The translations under genes were made by a program, and so were the position numbers. This document shows, piece after piece, positions 27,785 through 40,642 of a DNA stretch of 64,000 bases (position 1 is the first letter of the stretch; each line of letters opens with the position of its first letter). The stretch is from Vermamoeba vermiformis. Taxonomy: Eukaryota. Location of the stretch: assembly GCA_045837725.1 (NCBI GenBank), contig JBEWZL010000013.1, positions 248,001 through 312,000 on the forward strand, read 5' to 3'. The notes under the pieces were generated by a model. It searched no databases, was not told the DNA's origin, and was given only the letters and a program-made list of their open reading frames with translations.

Positions 27785-29413
27785 TTAGTTTTTGTTATTT
27801 ACAAGCATCAGTTTCTGTTGGTACCACAGTTGTGCTTTTTTCTTAATTGCAGGCTCAACTTGGTCCCAAGACAATTTACTGGCCTCTAACTCAGCCTTGC
27901 CTTCTTTTTTCACATCTTTCACGATCCACTGCACAAATTGATTGGTTTTTTCGCGCACCACTTGTCCCTTGCACACCTCTTCAAATCCTTGTTGCAAGCG
28001 CTGTTCAGTCACGAACATATTTGCGTAGTCTTCTCCGTCCTGCGCTACTTCAGGATTCAACAAGATGAGTGCTGCTCCATCAATATTATTAGCTACGGAT
28101 AATCATAATCGCCCAATTTGTACAAATACTCACCCTCTTTCTCACCGCGCTTGTGCTTCACCATGGCGTGCGAGGGTCCCTTGGTCTTGAACAGCGTGTC
28201 GCTCAGCACACGCATCGTCGCTGGCTCAGAGCTCTGCACGGGGTACCACACCAGCCCCTCGCCCACACCTTCGATGCCGAACTCTTCGCGCACCCAAGGG
28301 TCCGTCTTGTCAATGGCAATCACGTGCTCTGTCAACACCTGCACCACGTGCTCGAGTTGTGTCACGTGCTGGAAGTCGATGCTCATGGGCTCCGTGGCCC
28401 AGGGGATGATGTAAATGTCGTGCGTGAGGTCCTTGGTCTGGTGCTCGTTGTCGAACAGGAACTGCGACAGATCACGTGGCTCTACAATCACGTGCTCACC
28501 GATCTGCACTGCAAAGACTGCAAAGATGTTCTTGGTCAAGCTGCAAATGGCCGCACCTTGCATGATGCCCTTGCCGCACCATTCACCGAACACGATCACG
28601 TCTTGGCCCTTGACACGTGTCACATGTCGCTCTACCAGGGCACGGAAAAACTGTTGCCGCGCCTCGACAAACTGTCTGAAGCCGTAGTGTGTCTTGTCGG
28701 CCCAGAGCAGTTCGTTGCGCGACTGGGCGTAGATCTGACCGCGCTGCATGTTCACTGCGGCATTCGAGCCGTGCACTGCAGAGCCCCATTAATAGCAGAA
28801 CAAGTATATATTGCGTGCAGTGACAGCGACTAGTAGTGCCCGCACGCAGCGTGTAGCGACACTTACGCTTGATCTTGGCGCGGTACGTGAGCTGTGCTAG
28901 GGGCTGGTCAGCGAGTCTGTGGCGCACGTTGTGAAAGAGACTGATCTCAGGCCAGGCATAGAACACTGCTGTAGGCTTCTTGGACTTGGACTTGACTTGC
29001 TGCAGCTTCTGTTGCAGATCGAGATGGGGGTACAGCCGTTGATAGCCTTGCGCCACCAGCCATGGAATGCACTTGAGAAATTGCTTTTCAGCGTTGAACT
29101 CGCAGAATTCAGGCGGCATGCTGCACTCTGTGATTTGAGAATTGCTTGAGAATTGGATCTGAGAAAATTAAATAATTTTGTAATTTCATTGTGAATAGCT
29201 AATCAAGCGTAAACGTAATATTCTATAAGCATAAAAATGCATTGATATTCTAATATTACCAGGGCAATAAACAGTGGTGAGTGGATATTGGGGATCTTTT
29301 GGCAGAGTGCAGATCCGCTCTTCAGAATCAGAGAGCTCTTGATCGTCAGCTGCGATGTTATTATTGTTCGTAGTTTTGTCCTCTGCGGTACTAACAGTGT
29401 TTGTGTTGCTCAT
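27785..29413 (-). CDS. Fusion protein: DENR/Tma22 N-terminal Zn domain plus Rnl2-type ATP-dependent RNA ligase (4 exons)
   Basis: GT-AG introns 29259-29128 and 28866-28776 restore YPLTTVYCPECSMPPEFCEF...KCIPWL and ligase motif I KIKLHGSN; further motifs QSRN, FGEWCG, FAVF, EGLVW, FKTKG and C-domain VTEQRLQQG...KDVKKE. Confidence 0.88.
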
Positions 29414-29565
29414 AGTCGTCAGTTTTCGAAATGAACAGTCAAACGCTGGATGTGCTCGTGAGGCACTTGGCACCATTAGAGAAGAGTGTTTATTGTTATT
29501 ATGGTGCTAGACTTATATTACAGATGCTGATCGATGCTTATGTACACTGTGGCCAGTCAGTCAAC

Positions 29566-30058
29566 TCAATTGCTATTCCGCTGCAGCTGAATGCTGTTGC
29601 TCAAGTGCGTGGCGACAGTACTGGCAGGATTGCTGTCGAACACCGCGTGGTGCAGCACGGCACTGTACTGCGTCATCTCCGCCGCGAGGATCTGCTTCTT
29701 CTTCGCGGCACTCACTCGACCGCTGCCTTGCTTGGGCACGGCACTCGCAGGCTTGGAGGCAATGTCTTGCAGGGTATTCGCCATCACATCGAAGGTCAGC
29801 AGCGGTTGTTCGGGCTTGGCTTGTTGTGCCTTGGATGCGCTCTGTTTCTGCTTCTGACTCGTCTCGAGCTCTGCAGTGGGCAGTCAGCAATCATGACATC
29901 ATTATTATTTTCAAGATTATGTGCCTACTTTTAATTAACTGCTCGTGCTTTAATTTGCGCTTGTCTTTTTTTGTGAGGGGATGTGGATCGACATCTGGAT
30001 TGTTCGGCACTGCTTGCGACACATAGGACTTCTCACGCGTACGACGTACTTTACCCAT
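29566..30058 (-). CDS. SLX9: SLX9/FAM207A-like 40S biogenesis factor (spliced)
   Basis: MGKVRR...LTKKDKRKLKHEQLI...; C-terminal KKQILAAEMTQYSAVLHHAVFDSNPASTVATHLSNSI. Confidence 0.8.
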
Positions 30059-30324
30059 GACAATTAATTGAAAGTAATAAATGCGCTGCGAGTCAACAGA
30101 GGTGTGTAGTGTCGTTGAAAATAAACTGCGATCTGAGTTCATTCAGCGCAACACGACTTGATTAAGCGCCACAGCACTTGTATATAGTCATAGTAATTGG
30201 ACAGTGCCTGGATTGAACATATAGTCGAAGCAGTGGGTACGTACTCGTTGTATTATTGAATTACGCGTAATTAACTCAGTTTTCTTATTGGATCCAGATC
30301 TGATCAGAATATTAACTACAAACC

Positions 30325-33300
30325 ATGTTACGGGCATCAAAATTAATATTAAAATACACGCTAAATAATAGCAAACCTTGCTCGTCATTATTTGTGCAGC
30401 GATCGAGTGTAACGTCAGATCGGATCTGTCCTCCATCAACAACGCGACACTCGGCGCTGTTCGATCATCGCAACTACAATACTACCGCTGCATATAAACT
30501 GAGCAACAACGAGGCGCAGACTGGACAACGCACCAAGACAGAATTGGTCAGCGAGAACTGGATCAAGTCAAATTACACGCTCGAGACACGCGATGACGAT
30601 CACATTATAGGCCGCACGAATAAGAACAAGCGCGTGCAGCAGCACGAAGAGGAGTTTGTACCGCCTCAAATGCCACGATTGTATGAACGACTGTCCAAGA
30701 GCTCCATCCAACTCGGTACGTCACATCCACCTCGAATATCTTGGCGCCGTTTAATTAACTGATTGCGCATTATAGGCGAGGATTACTATTCACACAAGAG
30801 CTTGAGCGAAGAGCAGATCAAAGAACAACTGTACCTCGAGATGGAGGCAGTGGAGCGCGAGGCCAAGAAGTTCAAAGAGCTGGTCGATGACGTGCTCAAG
30901 CTGAACAGAGGCGCGTGTTTGGATCCAGGCACGGAGCTCTTGTTGGAATGGTTTCAACCACTCGTCAAGCTCTTCGATCTCGAGAAACAACTTTCGCTGG
31001 CAGATCCAACCGTGCACCAAGAACTGCGCACCTCCGTGGAAGAGCTCGGCATCATATACAACGAGCAGTATTTGAGCGAGTACCACGCACACATCAACGA
31101 GGTAGCGAGTGACAAGTTGGCGGTGATTGTGATCCACGAGGTGATTGGTGCTGCAGCAGGACTGAAAGAACAGAGTCCTGTGCGCACTGTCGTCACGCAG
31201 ATCAGCGAGGCTGTGCAGGGTGAGGTCAATTGGCAAGATCTCAAAGAGGAGCTCGAGAACCCTGCTGAGAACCGTGCCACCGCCGACGGAGCAGATCCGA
31301 GTGGCAACGTGCCAGCCAAGAAGAAGAAGCGCGTGATGCAGTTCACGAGTGTCAACAAGCTGAATCGCCGTGCCCTCAAAGTGCTGGGCAGTGAAGCGCT
31401 GTGGTCGCGCGGACTGAAAGAGTTCATGGGGGCACGCTTGCTGTCGCTGCTGCTCGGTGTGGCACAACTGCGCGAAGAGGACCCTGTGACGGGGGTGTTG
31501 CACGCACGACCTGCTTTCGAACTCACGCACCGCACGCAGCACCGCGCCGCACACCACGACACGACGCACAACCCCTCGCGACTGGTGGTGAGTGCGAGTG
31601 AGGCAGTGCGCGCCAAGTTCGATCACATGATGACGCACTTCTTCCACTTCATTCGCCAGTACCCCATGCAGATACCACCGCGGCCCTGGGACAGTCCCGA
31701 CAGAGGCGGCTATCTCGCGGTGCAAGTGCCCATCATTCGCTATCAGAGCTACGAGGAGCAGTTCCGACCGCTGTTCCGCAAGAGCGACGATCTCGCAGTC
31801 ATCTACGAGGGCCTCAATGCACTCGGCGAGACACCGTGGCGCATCAATCAGCGCGTCTATCACGTGGTCAAGCAGGCCTGGGACCAGGGCGGCAATCTCG
31901 CGGACATTCCCGACCGAACTGACCGGCCCTATCCGATGCCGAGTGCGCTGGGCAAGGACAGTCGGTGGTACCGCGAGTTGAAGAAGATCGATCAGCTCAA
32001 CTACGATCTCGTCTCACTCCGCGCAGACTTCTTGCTAAAAATGGAAGTCGCGGAGAAATTCAAGGACAAGACGCTGTATTTCCCGCACAACATGGACTTT
32101 AGAGGCCGCGTGTACCCCGTGCCCCCGCATCTCAATCACATGGGCTCGGATATGTCGCGCGGACTGCTCTGGTTTGCAGACGGCAAGCCCCTCGGTGAGC
32201 GCGGACTGCACTGGCTGCGCATTCAACTCGCCAACTTGTACGGCTTCGACAAGGTGCCGTTCAGTGAACGACTGGACTTTGTGAGCAAGAACCAAGACAA
32301 GATCTACTCGTGCGCGCAACGTCCGCTGGAAGATCGGTGGTGGGTGAGTGCAGACTCGCCGTGGCAGTTCTTGGCTGCGTGCTTCGAGTACTACAACGCC
32401 ATGCACAGCGCAGATCCGCACAGCTACGTGTCACATCTGCCCATTCAGCAGGACGGCACTTGCAATGGACTGCAGCACTACGCCGCGCTCGGTGGTGACG
32501 AGCAGGGTGCCAAGTCCGTCAATCTGTTGCCGAGCGACAGACCGCAAGACGTGTACAGTGACGTCGCGGAGCTGGTGGCACAACGCATTCAACGCGATGC
32601 TGAGAATGGCGTGGCAGTGGCGCAGCTGTTGAAGGGCCGCGTGGACCGCAAAGTAGTGAAGCAGACCGTGATGACGAGTGTGTACGGCGTGACGTTCATT
32701 GGTGCGCGACAACAGATCACCAATGCGATGAAAGACCATCGACTGCTGACGCATCTGACCGACAGCGAGATGTACCAGGCCTCGCAGTACATTGCACAGC
32801 TCACCTTCGAGTCACTCAAAGAGATGTTCACGGGAGCACGTAACATCATGGACTGGCTCGCTACATGCGCCAAACTGGTCGCCAAGAAGGGTCGATTGGT
32901 CAGTTGGACCACACCGCTGGGTCTGCCAGTCGTGCAGCCCTATCGCCGTCAAACACGCACGGGCACTGTAGAGACCGTGGTGCAGTCTGTGGCCCTCGAA
33001 CACGAGCCTACTAAGTGGCCTGTGTATTCTAATCGACAACGCTCTGCTTTCCCGCCCAACTTCATTCACAGCTTGGACTCAACGCACATGTTGTTGACAG
33101 CCATTCACTGCAAGCGACAGCAGATCACGTACGCCTCAGTGCACGACAGTTTTTGGACACATCCCGCCACCGTGGATGACATGAACGTCATTCTGCGCGA
33201 GAAATTTGTGCAGCTGCATGGCCGTCCTATTCTCAAACAACTGCGCGAGTACTGGACCACGGTACACCCCGATATCAAATTCCCAGAATTGCCTGCGTTG

Positions 33301-33351
33301 GGCAAATTCAATCTCAGCTTGGTGAAGGAGAGTCCTTACTTCTTCCACTAA
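30325..33351 (+). CDS. POLRMT: Mitochondrial T7-like single-subunit RNA polymerase (1 intron)
   Basis: HNMDFRGRVYP, motif A QQDGTCNGLQHY, motif B RKVVKQTVMTSVYG, PPNFIHSLD, motif C SVHDSFWTH, terminal PYFFH; presequence-like N-terminus. Confidence 0.97.
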
Positions 33352-33563
33352 TCAATTGCCCTCAGTCATTAGACTACCTTGTACAGAACATTAAACTGCG
33401 GATTCATACCACACGTCACACGTGATTGTTCACTAACTTTTCGTCGTCGTTTGCTATCAAAATCCACCAGGGCTCCGCTACAAGACAGTATTTTTTTTCC
33501 CGCTTTTTGGTCATTCGTGTTCGTTACTTGTTCGTGTTAAGGTCCACACTTAATATTTCATCT

Positions 33564-36500
33564 ATGTCAACGACGGACGAAATACCCCAACAGCCTCATA
33601 TTACGGTGCCTGAAACAGCTCCGCCTACTGATGAGCCGATCACTTCCGCTCCAGCAACTGATCAGCCGTCAAATAATCAACCAGAACAGCAAACAAATAC
33701 TACAACAGATGTAACAATGTCAGACGCACCTGTTGAAGTGTACGCACCACCAGCAACGCGATTAGAAATATTTGACTAAATTAATAATTTTTCAGTAACC
33801 AAACGACTCCCGCTCCACAACCTGAAACAGCTGCAGAAAAACCTGCAGAGAAGGTATTTATTATTTTTAGATTTTTTGCGATAATTATTATAATTTTTAC
33901 GTGTAGCCGGTGGAAACTCCGATCGCAGTGGCGGTGAAAGAAGATTCGGTCAAAGAAGAATCATCAGCGGGCAAGAAAAAGAAAAAAAACAAAGCAAATT
34001 TACAAGAGAAGCTCAAACAGTTGAATGAAAAGTTAAATATGCTGAACGCGCTGAACAAGAAAATTGAGAGCAAGACAGGTGTAGCATCGAGTCCCGTCTT
34101 GTTGCCCCTCGCCGCCCCAGCATTGCCCGCACAGAGCAGCTTGGCACTCAGTGGCACGGGTGAAGACGAGCTCAGTGACTCGAAGAAGCGCAAGACACGA
34201 CCGAACACGTTGTACGACGACTACGAGATTGATGCGACCTCGCGTCCTTTGAAGAAGATTGTACGTCGCTGATCACGTGCTGTATTGTGCAGCAGCTAAC
34301 AGCTCCTATTCAAACAGGGTGTGCCAGTGGGTGCCTCACCTCCACCTATGATGCCGCAGTACGTTGCACCGACCACGCCGACACCTGTAGCTCCCAAAAA
34401 GGCGCACACACCGCGCGGACGAGGTCGACCAGTGGGCAGACCGCGCGGCAGTGGTCAACACGGTAAGTCTCTGAGAGCTGCACTGAGTGCGCGACTGACC
34501 AGTCACCCCCAGCTACCTACGCACAGCCAGGCACTTACGAGCCAGAGTGGGACGAAGACTACGAGGACTACGAGGTCGACAACGACTTTGACTCCTTCTC
34601 ACCCAAGGGCGTAGGCAGACCTCCCAAGGCCAAGCGACCACCACGTCCTCAACCGCGTCCAGTGGTGCCAGTCGTGCCCTACACGCCAGTTGCAGCCACA
34701 CTCACACCTCCTCCTGGCCGCAAGCGTCGCACAGGTCAGTATCTGCCGCTGAGTGCCCCGCTGCAACAGTGCGCACAGATTGCCACCGCGCTGATGAAAC
34801 ACCCGATGTCTCCGCCCTTCAACATCCCTGTGGACCCCTTGGCACTGGGCATTCCTGATTACTGGACGATCATCAAAGAGCCCATGGACCTCGGTACCAT
34901 CAAGAGTTGGGTCGACGGTGGTGCTTACAAGGACATTCACGAGTTTGCCGATGACGTGCGACTCGTGTGGCGCAATGCACTGACCTACAACGCACCTGGC
35001 TCGCAGATCAGTGTCATGGCACAGACCTTGGCTGATTTCTTCGAGCAGAAGTTCAATGCACTGCTCAACAGAATCAACAACCCTGAAGCCGTGCAGTCGA
35101 GTCCTGTGGCTGTTGAGCCTGTGGTCACTGCCTCACCGCAACCCGCGGCCGTGCAGCGCGTGGAAGTTGATCCTGCTGTCTTACAACGTCGCAAAGAGAT
35201 GCAAGAGACGCTGAATGATCTCCGCGGACTGTTGCGATCGCTGGACAAGCAGGTCACTGAGCTCAAGAAACAGACTGCCAATTTGCCACAACCTCCGAGT
35301 GCCAAGCCTAAGGCTCGTTCTACGCGTGCCAGTGCTACTCGTCCTCCCCCTAAACGTCGTCCTCGCGATTTGAACCTCAAGTAAGCCAACAACCTCGGCC
35401 GCGTGTTTTCGATGTACTAATCTCGCTGCTTTGCAGACCAATGAGCTACGAAGAGAAGTGCAAATTGAGTGACGACATCAACAGCCTCAACTCTGAACAC
35501 TGGGCTGGTGTGATGGCAGTGATTGAAGAAGAGATGCCGCAAGCACTCAAGAACGACACTGACGAAGTAGAACTCGATATTGACACGCTGGATATTGTCA
35601 CACTGCGTCGATTGGAAGCGTTCATTGCCGAGTGTCAAGGCAAGCCAGCTGTAGTGACTGTCACACAAGCACCGACTGCTGCTCCGGTAGTGCCCTCACC
35701 TCCCGTGCCTCCTCGTGAGCCCAAGGTGAAGAAGCCCAAAGATGATGACGCCAAGCAAAAGCCCAAGCGACAACCGCGCAAGAAGACAGGCCCCCCTCAG
35801 AGCATCACTGAAGAGACTATTCGCGAGACTGAGCGTCAGTTGAAAGCAGTGAATCAATCGCTCACTTCTGGCAACGCTTCGCTCAGTAAGTTGATTCGTT
35901 GTCCGTACTTGAATGACGCTATTAACCCGCACATGCACAGAGAACATTGGTGACTTGGAGTCGAAGCAACAGTCCAACAAAGAGGCGTTGACACGTCCCA
36001 AGAAGGGCAGTCACAGCTCATCCTCTTCGGACTCCTCTGACTCGTCTGACACGGACAGTGACAGCTCTGATGAGGGCTCAGGTGATGAGGGTGTCAAGAA
36101 GAAGGTAAGTGTCTTGTCATCCATCTAGCCGATCTGTCTTCGTTGTCTCACTGGTATCTGCAGAAAAAGGACAAGCATCAGTCCACGGGTGGCAAGGCTC
36201 CGATGACGAGCAAAGCCCCTGAAGGCGAGACAGCAGGTGAAGAGACCGCTGCCCCGAAGATCTTGACACCGACTTCACCGCTCAAAAAGGAAGTCGTGCT
36301 GCAGAATGTGGAGTCGTGGACTGCACTCGATGAGTCCAAGCCTGAAGAAGGGGACTCGAACAGCACGGGACCCAACAACGACTCGCTGTGGTCTGAGTTC
36401 CGCACCAAGGGTCAGCAGAACAAACAGCGCGTGAGTAGTTGCGAATAGGTGCACAATAAGCGTAGAGTACTAACAACACCGACAGATGAAAGAGCGCGAG

Positions 36501-36845
36501 GACTTGGAAGAGAAACAACGTCTGGAGCGCGAGAAGAAAGAGCGCGAGTTGAAAGAAGAAGAAGAGCGTTTGAAGCGTGAGCAGCGCGAGAAACAAGAAG
36601 AAGAAGAGCGCAAGCGCATGGAAGAGATGCAGCGCAGACGCGAACAAGAGCGATTGATGCGCGAGCAACAGAGCGGTCAATCAGGCCCCGAGAGCAGCAG
36701 CGAGAGTGCGCACCAATCGACCATTCTGCAGAGCATGACTGAACAGAGCGAGATGTTGCACTCGTTTGAGCACCAGTTGATGGGCCACGGCTTGGACACG
36801 GAGACCAAACTGCCCCTCAAACCTGTCGACGATGAGGACTTGTAA
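33564..36845 (+). CDS. BET-family protein: AT-hooks, one bromodomain, ET domain, BRD4-like C-terminal motif (spliced)
   Basis: PFNIPVDPLALGIPDYWTIIKEPMDLGTI...NALTYN bromodomain; ET MSYEEKCKLSDDINSL...EVELDIDTLD; GRPR hooks. Confidence 0.9.
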
Positions 36846-37115
36846 GGGCCACTGTCGACTTGTATTGTAGTGTTCGCAGTAGTAAAGTCATTTGATCACA
36901 GCTAGAATTAACAATGTGTGGCTGCACTCCTGTACTCGTACATAATCACAGCTATAAATAGACACTCCTGTTCTTGTGCTGACTATCATGACGCGGTGAC
37001 GTGCAGAAATTTCGTGCAACATTTCACGTCCAAAAGATTTGTTGGACACAATTGTTACGGATACACTATTGTTATTATACTAGCTCTTGCTGCACTAGGT
37101 GTCCAGATCTTCGCA

Positions 37116-39029
37116 ATGACCTCCGAAGAGCGCACCAGTTTGTTGCAGGGCAGCAAGAGTTTGTCGTACATTGAAGATCCCAGTCGATTACCATCTTACG
37201 CCAGCCCTCGCAGCAATTATCGCACGATTAGTCGATATTCACTCAATGAAGATGCTGTTGAACACGAACATCGTTTCATTCCTCCATTCCACAGCAGCTT
37301 CACAAGCTTCACACTGCTGGATCCACCCCCAGAATTAATAGCCACTGGACCAGCGTTGCCCGTTACACAACCTAGTCAAGCTAATGAAGCTCCTAAATCA
37401 AATAGTGGCTCATTATTTTTAATGATATTTTTGAATTTTTTATCAAACGTCATGTTTAGCATTGTTTTGCCCACCTTGCCTTCATTTATCGCGAGTGTAA
37501 GTCATATTATAGGAGCGGTATATTGATATAGTCGCTCATAATCTTTGCATTGACACCTTGCAATTGATACACCTTCCTCGCAGGTTGGAGGCAATGTAGG
37601 TATAGTAGGCTGGGCTGTGTCAGTCAATTCATTTGGTACTTTCATATTCTCTCCTATTATGGGGCTGCTAGCTGATCGGATCGGATTCCGGTGGTATGTG
37701 ACCCTACACCGTAGCATGCCTGGCTTAACAATTATTCACGAAATACAAAAGGGTGTTTCTCGGCAGTCTAGTGCTCATGTTTGGAGGCAGTGTGTGGTAC
37801 TCGCTCTCCCCCGACATCTATCAACTGCTTGCGGCGCGGTTCATCGTGGGAGCAGCAGCAGCTAACTTCGCACCAGCGGGGGCCTATCTGTCCTATGCCA
37901 GCCAGTCCACTTCGCGCACTAAGATCATGGCTTGGAACTCTGCAGCTACCGTGCTCGGTTTTATCTGCGGCCCTGGTAAGTGACACGGACCAGTGATCAC
38001 GTGACACAGCGAATGACATGTTTGACAGCTTTCTCACTGCTCACTTCGTTCAAATTTGTCGAATTTCACATTGGCATCGTGCACTTTGACAGGTACGCAC
38101 ACATAGATACGAGTCAATGTCCAGCACTCACCTCGCTGCAGCAACACTGCGCCTGGCTACATCTCCGCGGTACTCTCGCTGATTGCCATGTTCTGCCTCA
38201 TTCCCTTCCAGGAAATTTCCAAGACTCAAGCGCAAGCAGCCGCAGCGCAGCAACAAGACCAGTCATGTACGTACTGCGTGCAGTGGATCGTGCGCACTAA
38301 TCTAACCCTCTCTCATAGTCCGCTCCTTGCGGTCCATCGCTAAAATCAGCAAGATGAAAGTGCCCATGCGCGGCATAGTCGTGCTGCTATTCAACTGCTT
38401 TGTATTCACCGCTGCATTCACCGTGTTCGAGACTACTGGCTCACTGTACACCAAGTACGACTTTGATTGGGACAATACGAAGACGAGTATATTGTACCTG
38501 GGCATCAGTCTCGTGTGTCTCGTGGCCCTCATGTCCCTGCAAGCAATAGTGATGTGTGCGCAAGAGCACGTGATGATGATCGTGTTCATGTTCGTCATGA
38601 CACTCGGCATGGGGCTGTTCATCAATTGGAATGCCTATGTCTCGTTCCCGGTCTTCCTCGTGGCAGTCACACTCGTCAGGTACGATGCAATCGACTCCAT
38701 CGCCGCGATGTATTTCTAACTCTACTCGCAGCATTGGTTATGCAGACAGTCAGGCCTTGCTATTGAGCATATTCGCAGCGCTGTTAGACTCGCAAGAACA
38801 AGGACTCATGATGGGCTGGTTGTCCTCGAGCAGCAGTGTGGCCCGCATGATCTGTCCCCCCGCTGCAAGTTACACTTATCAGTACCTCGGTGTCAATGCA
38901 CCGAATATTGTGTTCATAGCTACAACGGGCTTAATTCTGGTCTCGGATGTACTGACACTCACTACACTCAAACATCTCAAGGTGAGTGGCGACAAGAAGA
39001 AAGACCAAAGAGTATTTGGAGGTCACTAA
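37116..39029 (+). CDS. Major facilitator superfamily transporter, MFSD8-like (spliced)
   Basis: FSIVLPTL, motif A GLLADRIGFR, LAARFIVG, LGFICGP, QGLMMGWL...VARMICP; multiple transmembrane segments. Confidence 0.88.
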
Positions 39030-39250
39030 AAATGACAAACGTGTAATATATAAGATAAAAGTCAAATTCAGCTAATGAAATTTGCCTTCACCGCACAGAG
39101 AATTTTGACGGTCAAAAATCGGAATCTTTTTTTTGTCAGGTCAAATACAATTAAAATTTTAGTTCGGCGCTGTTTGAACGTAGTGTAAAGCTTGAATAGG
39201 ATTGCCCGCATACTTATTCAATTTAGTGATTATTTGTTTTCTATCACAAA

Positions 39251-40263
39251 ATGCAGGCAATTAAATGTGTCGTTGTCGGAGACGGTAAATCTAGATTTAA
39301 TTTAAAAAACTCAATAATCAAAATTAACTCCTTGTTTTTTAAATATATAGGTGCTGTTGGTAAAACCTGCATGTTAATGTCATTTTCGAACAATACATTC
39401 CCTCAGGATTATGTTCCAACGGTTTTTGATAATTACAATACAGCAATTATGGTTGATGAAACTCCTTACAACCTTGGACTTTGGGATACTGCAGGTAACA
39501 AATTAATATTATGTTTTTTACTCGTTATATTATTGTTATTTATTCCTTCAACGAAAAACCGAAAGCTTGCGAAACTAACCGATTCGATTTGATTCATCTT
39601 AGGTCAAGAAGAATATGACCGCTTACGAGCATTATGCTACCCACAAACAGATGTATTTTTAATGTGCTTTGCGATTATTAGTCCTAGCTCCTTCGAGAAT
39701 ATTAAAATAAGGGTGAGTTGCTATTATTTTTTTTAACTAAATTTCTAAACCGAAGAAAAATGATTATGATTCATTGATTTGCATTCAATTATAATATTAT
39801 ATTGATTCTATTTTTACGTAGTGGTGGCCTGAAATTAAACACCACTGTCCCGACACTCCGTACGTGTTAGTTGGTACCAAGCTAGATCTGCGCGAAGACA
39901 GTGCGACCTTGGCTGAATTGGCCAAAACAAATCAAAAGCCGATCACTACTGAACAGGTGCGTACGACTAGTCCTATATAGACAAATACTGAGGTGACGCA
40001 TGACATGATCCCCTCTCGTTCTGTGCTCGGTGCCACTGACATTAACCACGTGACTGACACAGGGCGAACAACTCTGCAAGGACATTAGAGCTGCGAGTTA
40101 CATCGAGTGCAGTGCCCTGACACAAAAGGGCCTCAAGACAGTGTTCGACGAAGCAGCGCGTTCAGTCGTGCGCTTGTTGCATCCCCCCGCGGACAGCAAC
40201 GGCTCCAACGGCAGTGCTGCAGTGCAGGGACGAAAGCGACGACGCGCCTGCACGCTCTTGTAA
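39251..40263 (+). CDS. Rac-type Rho GTPase (5 exons)
   Basis: [53 protein letters not shown], polybasic tail plus Caa[11 protein letters not shown]. Confidence 0.97.
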
Positions 40264-40569
40264 ATTACTCGCCCCACCACCCCCTCCCCACCCGCAGTCA
40301 CTGGCCACTAGTGTCTGCACCCCCCTAGCGATAGTTATATTTATGAATCAATGCCACCCCACCCCCCTCGCACTCCTTTTAATCAAACAATTAATATCAA
40401 TCCTCGCCCCTCCCACTGACAGAAATTAATGCTATTTTATTCTTGTTGTGTTATATCATTGACTAGGGACCGATTATTATGCACCCCTCTCTATGCAATG
40501 ACTACTTCTTGTAAATAAAGCAATGTGTTCTACTCTAGCGCCGCTACCACTCAATGCACCTGTACCCGT

Positions 40570-40642
40570 GCAGTCCTCACTCCTCCGTGTCAAGGGGGCA
40601 GTGCTCACTCCTCCGTGTCAAGGGGGCAGTCCTCACTCCTCC
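40570..40642. repeat. 28 bp tandem repeat, ~2.6 copies
   Basis: GCAGT(C/G)CTCACTCCTCCGTGTCAAGGGG at 40570 and 40598, partial copy at 40626. Confidence 0.9.

Noticed and set aside
30325-33351. T7-like RNA polymerase as a sign of a prophage or viral insertion
   Set aside because: It has an intron, a presequence-like N-terminus and the eukaryotic PYFFH ending, with no viral neighbours; it is the ordinary nuclear-encoded mitochondrial polymerase
40570-40642. CRISPR-like array
   Set aside because: Units are directly adjacent with no spacers, no cas genes and a eukaryotic context
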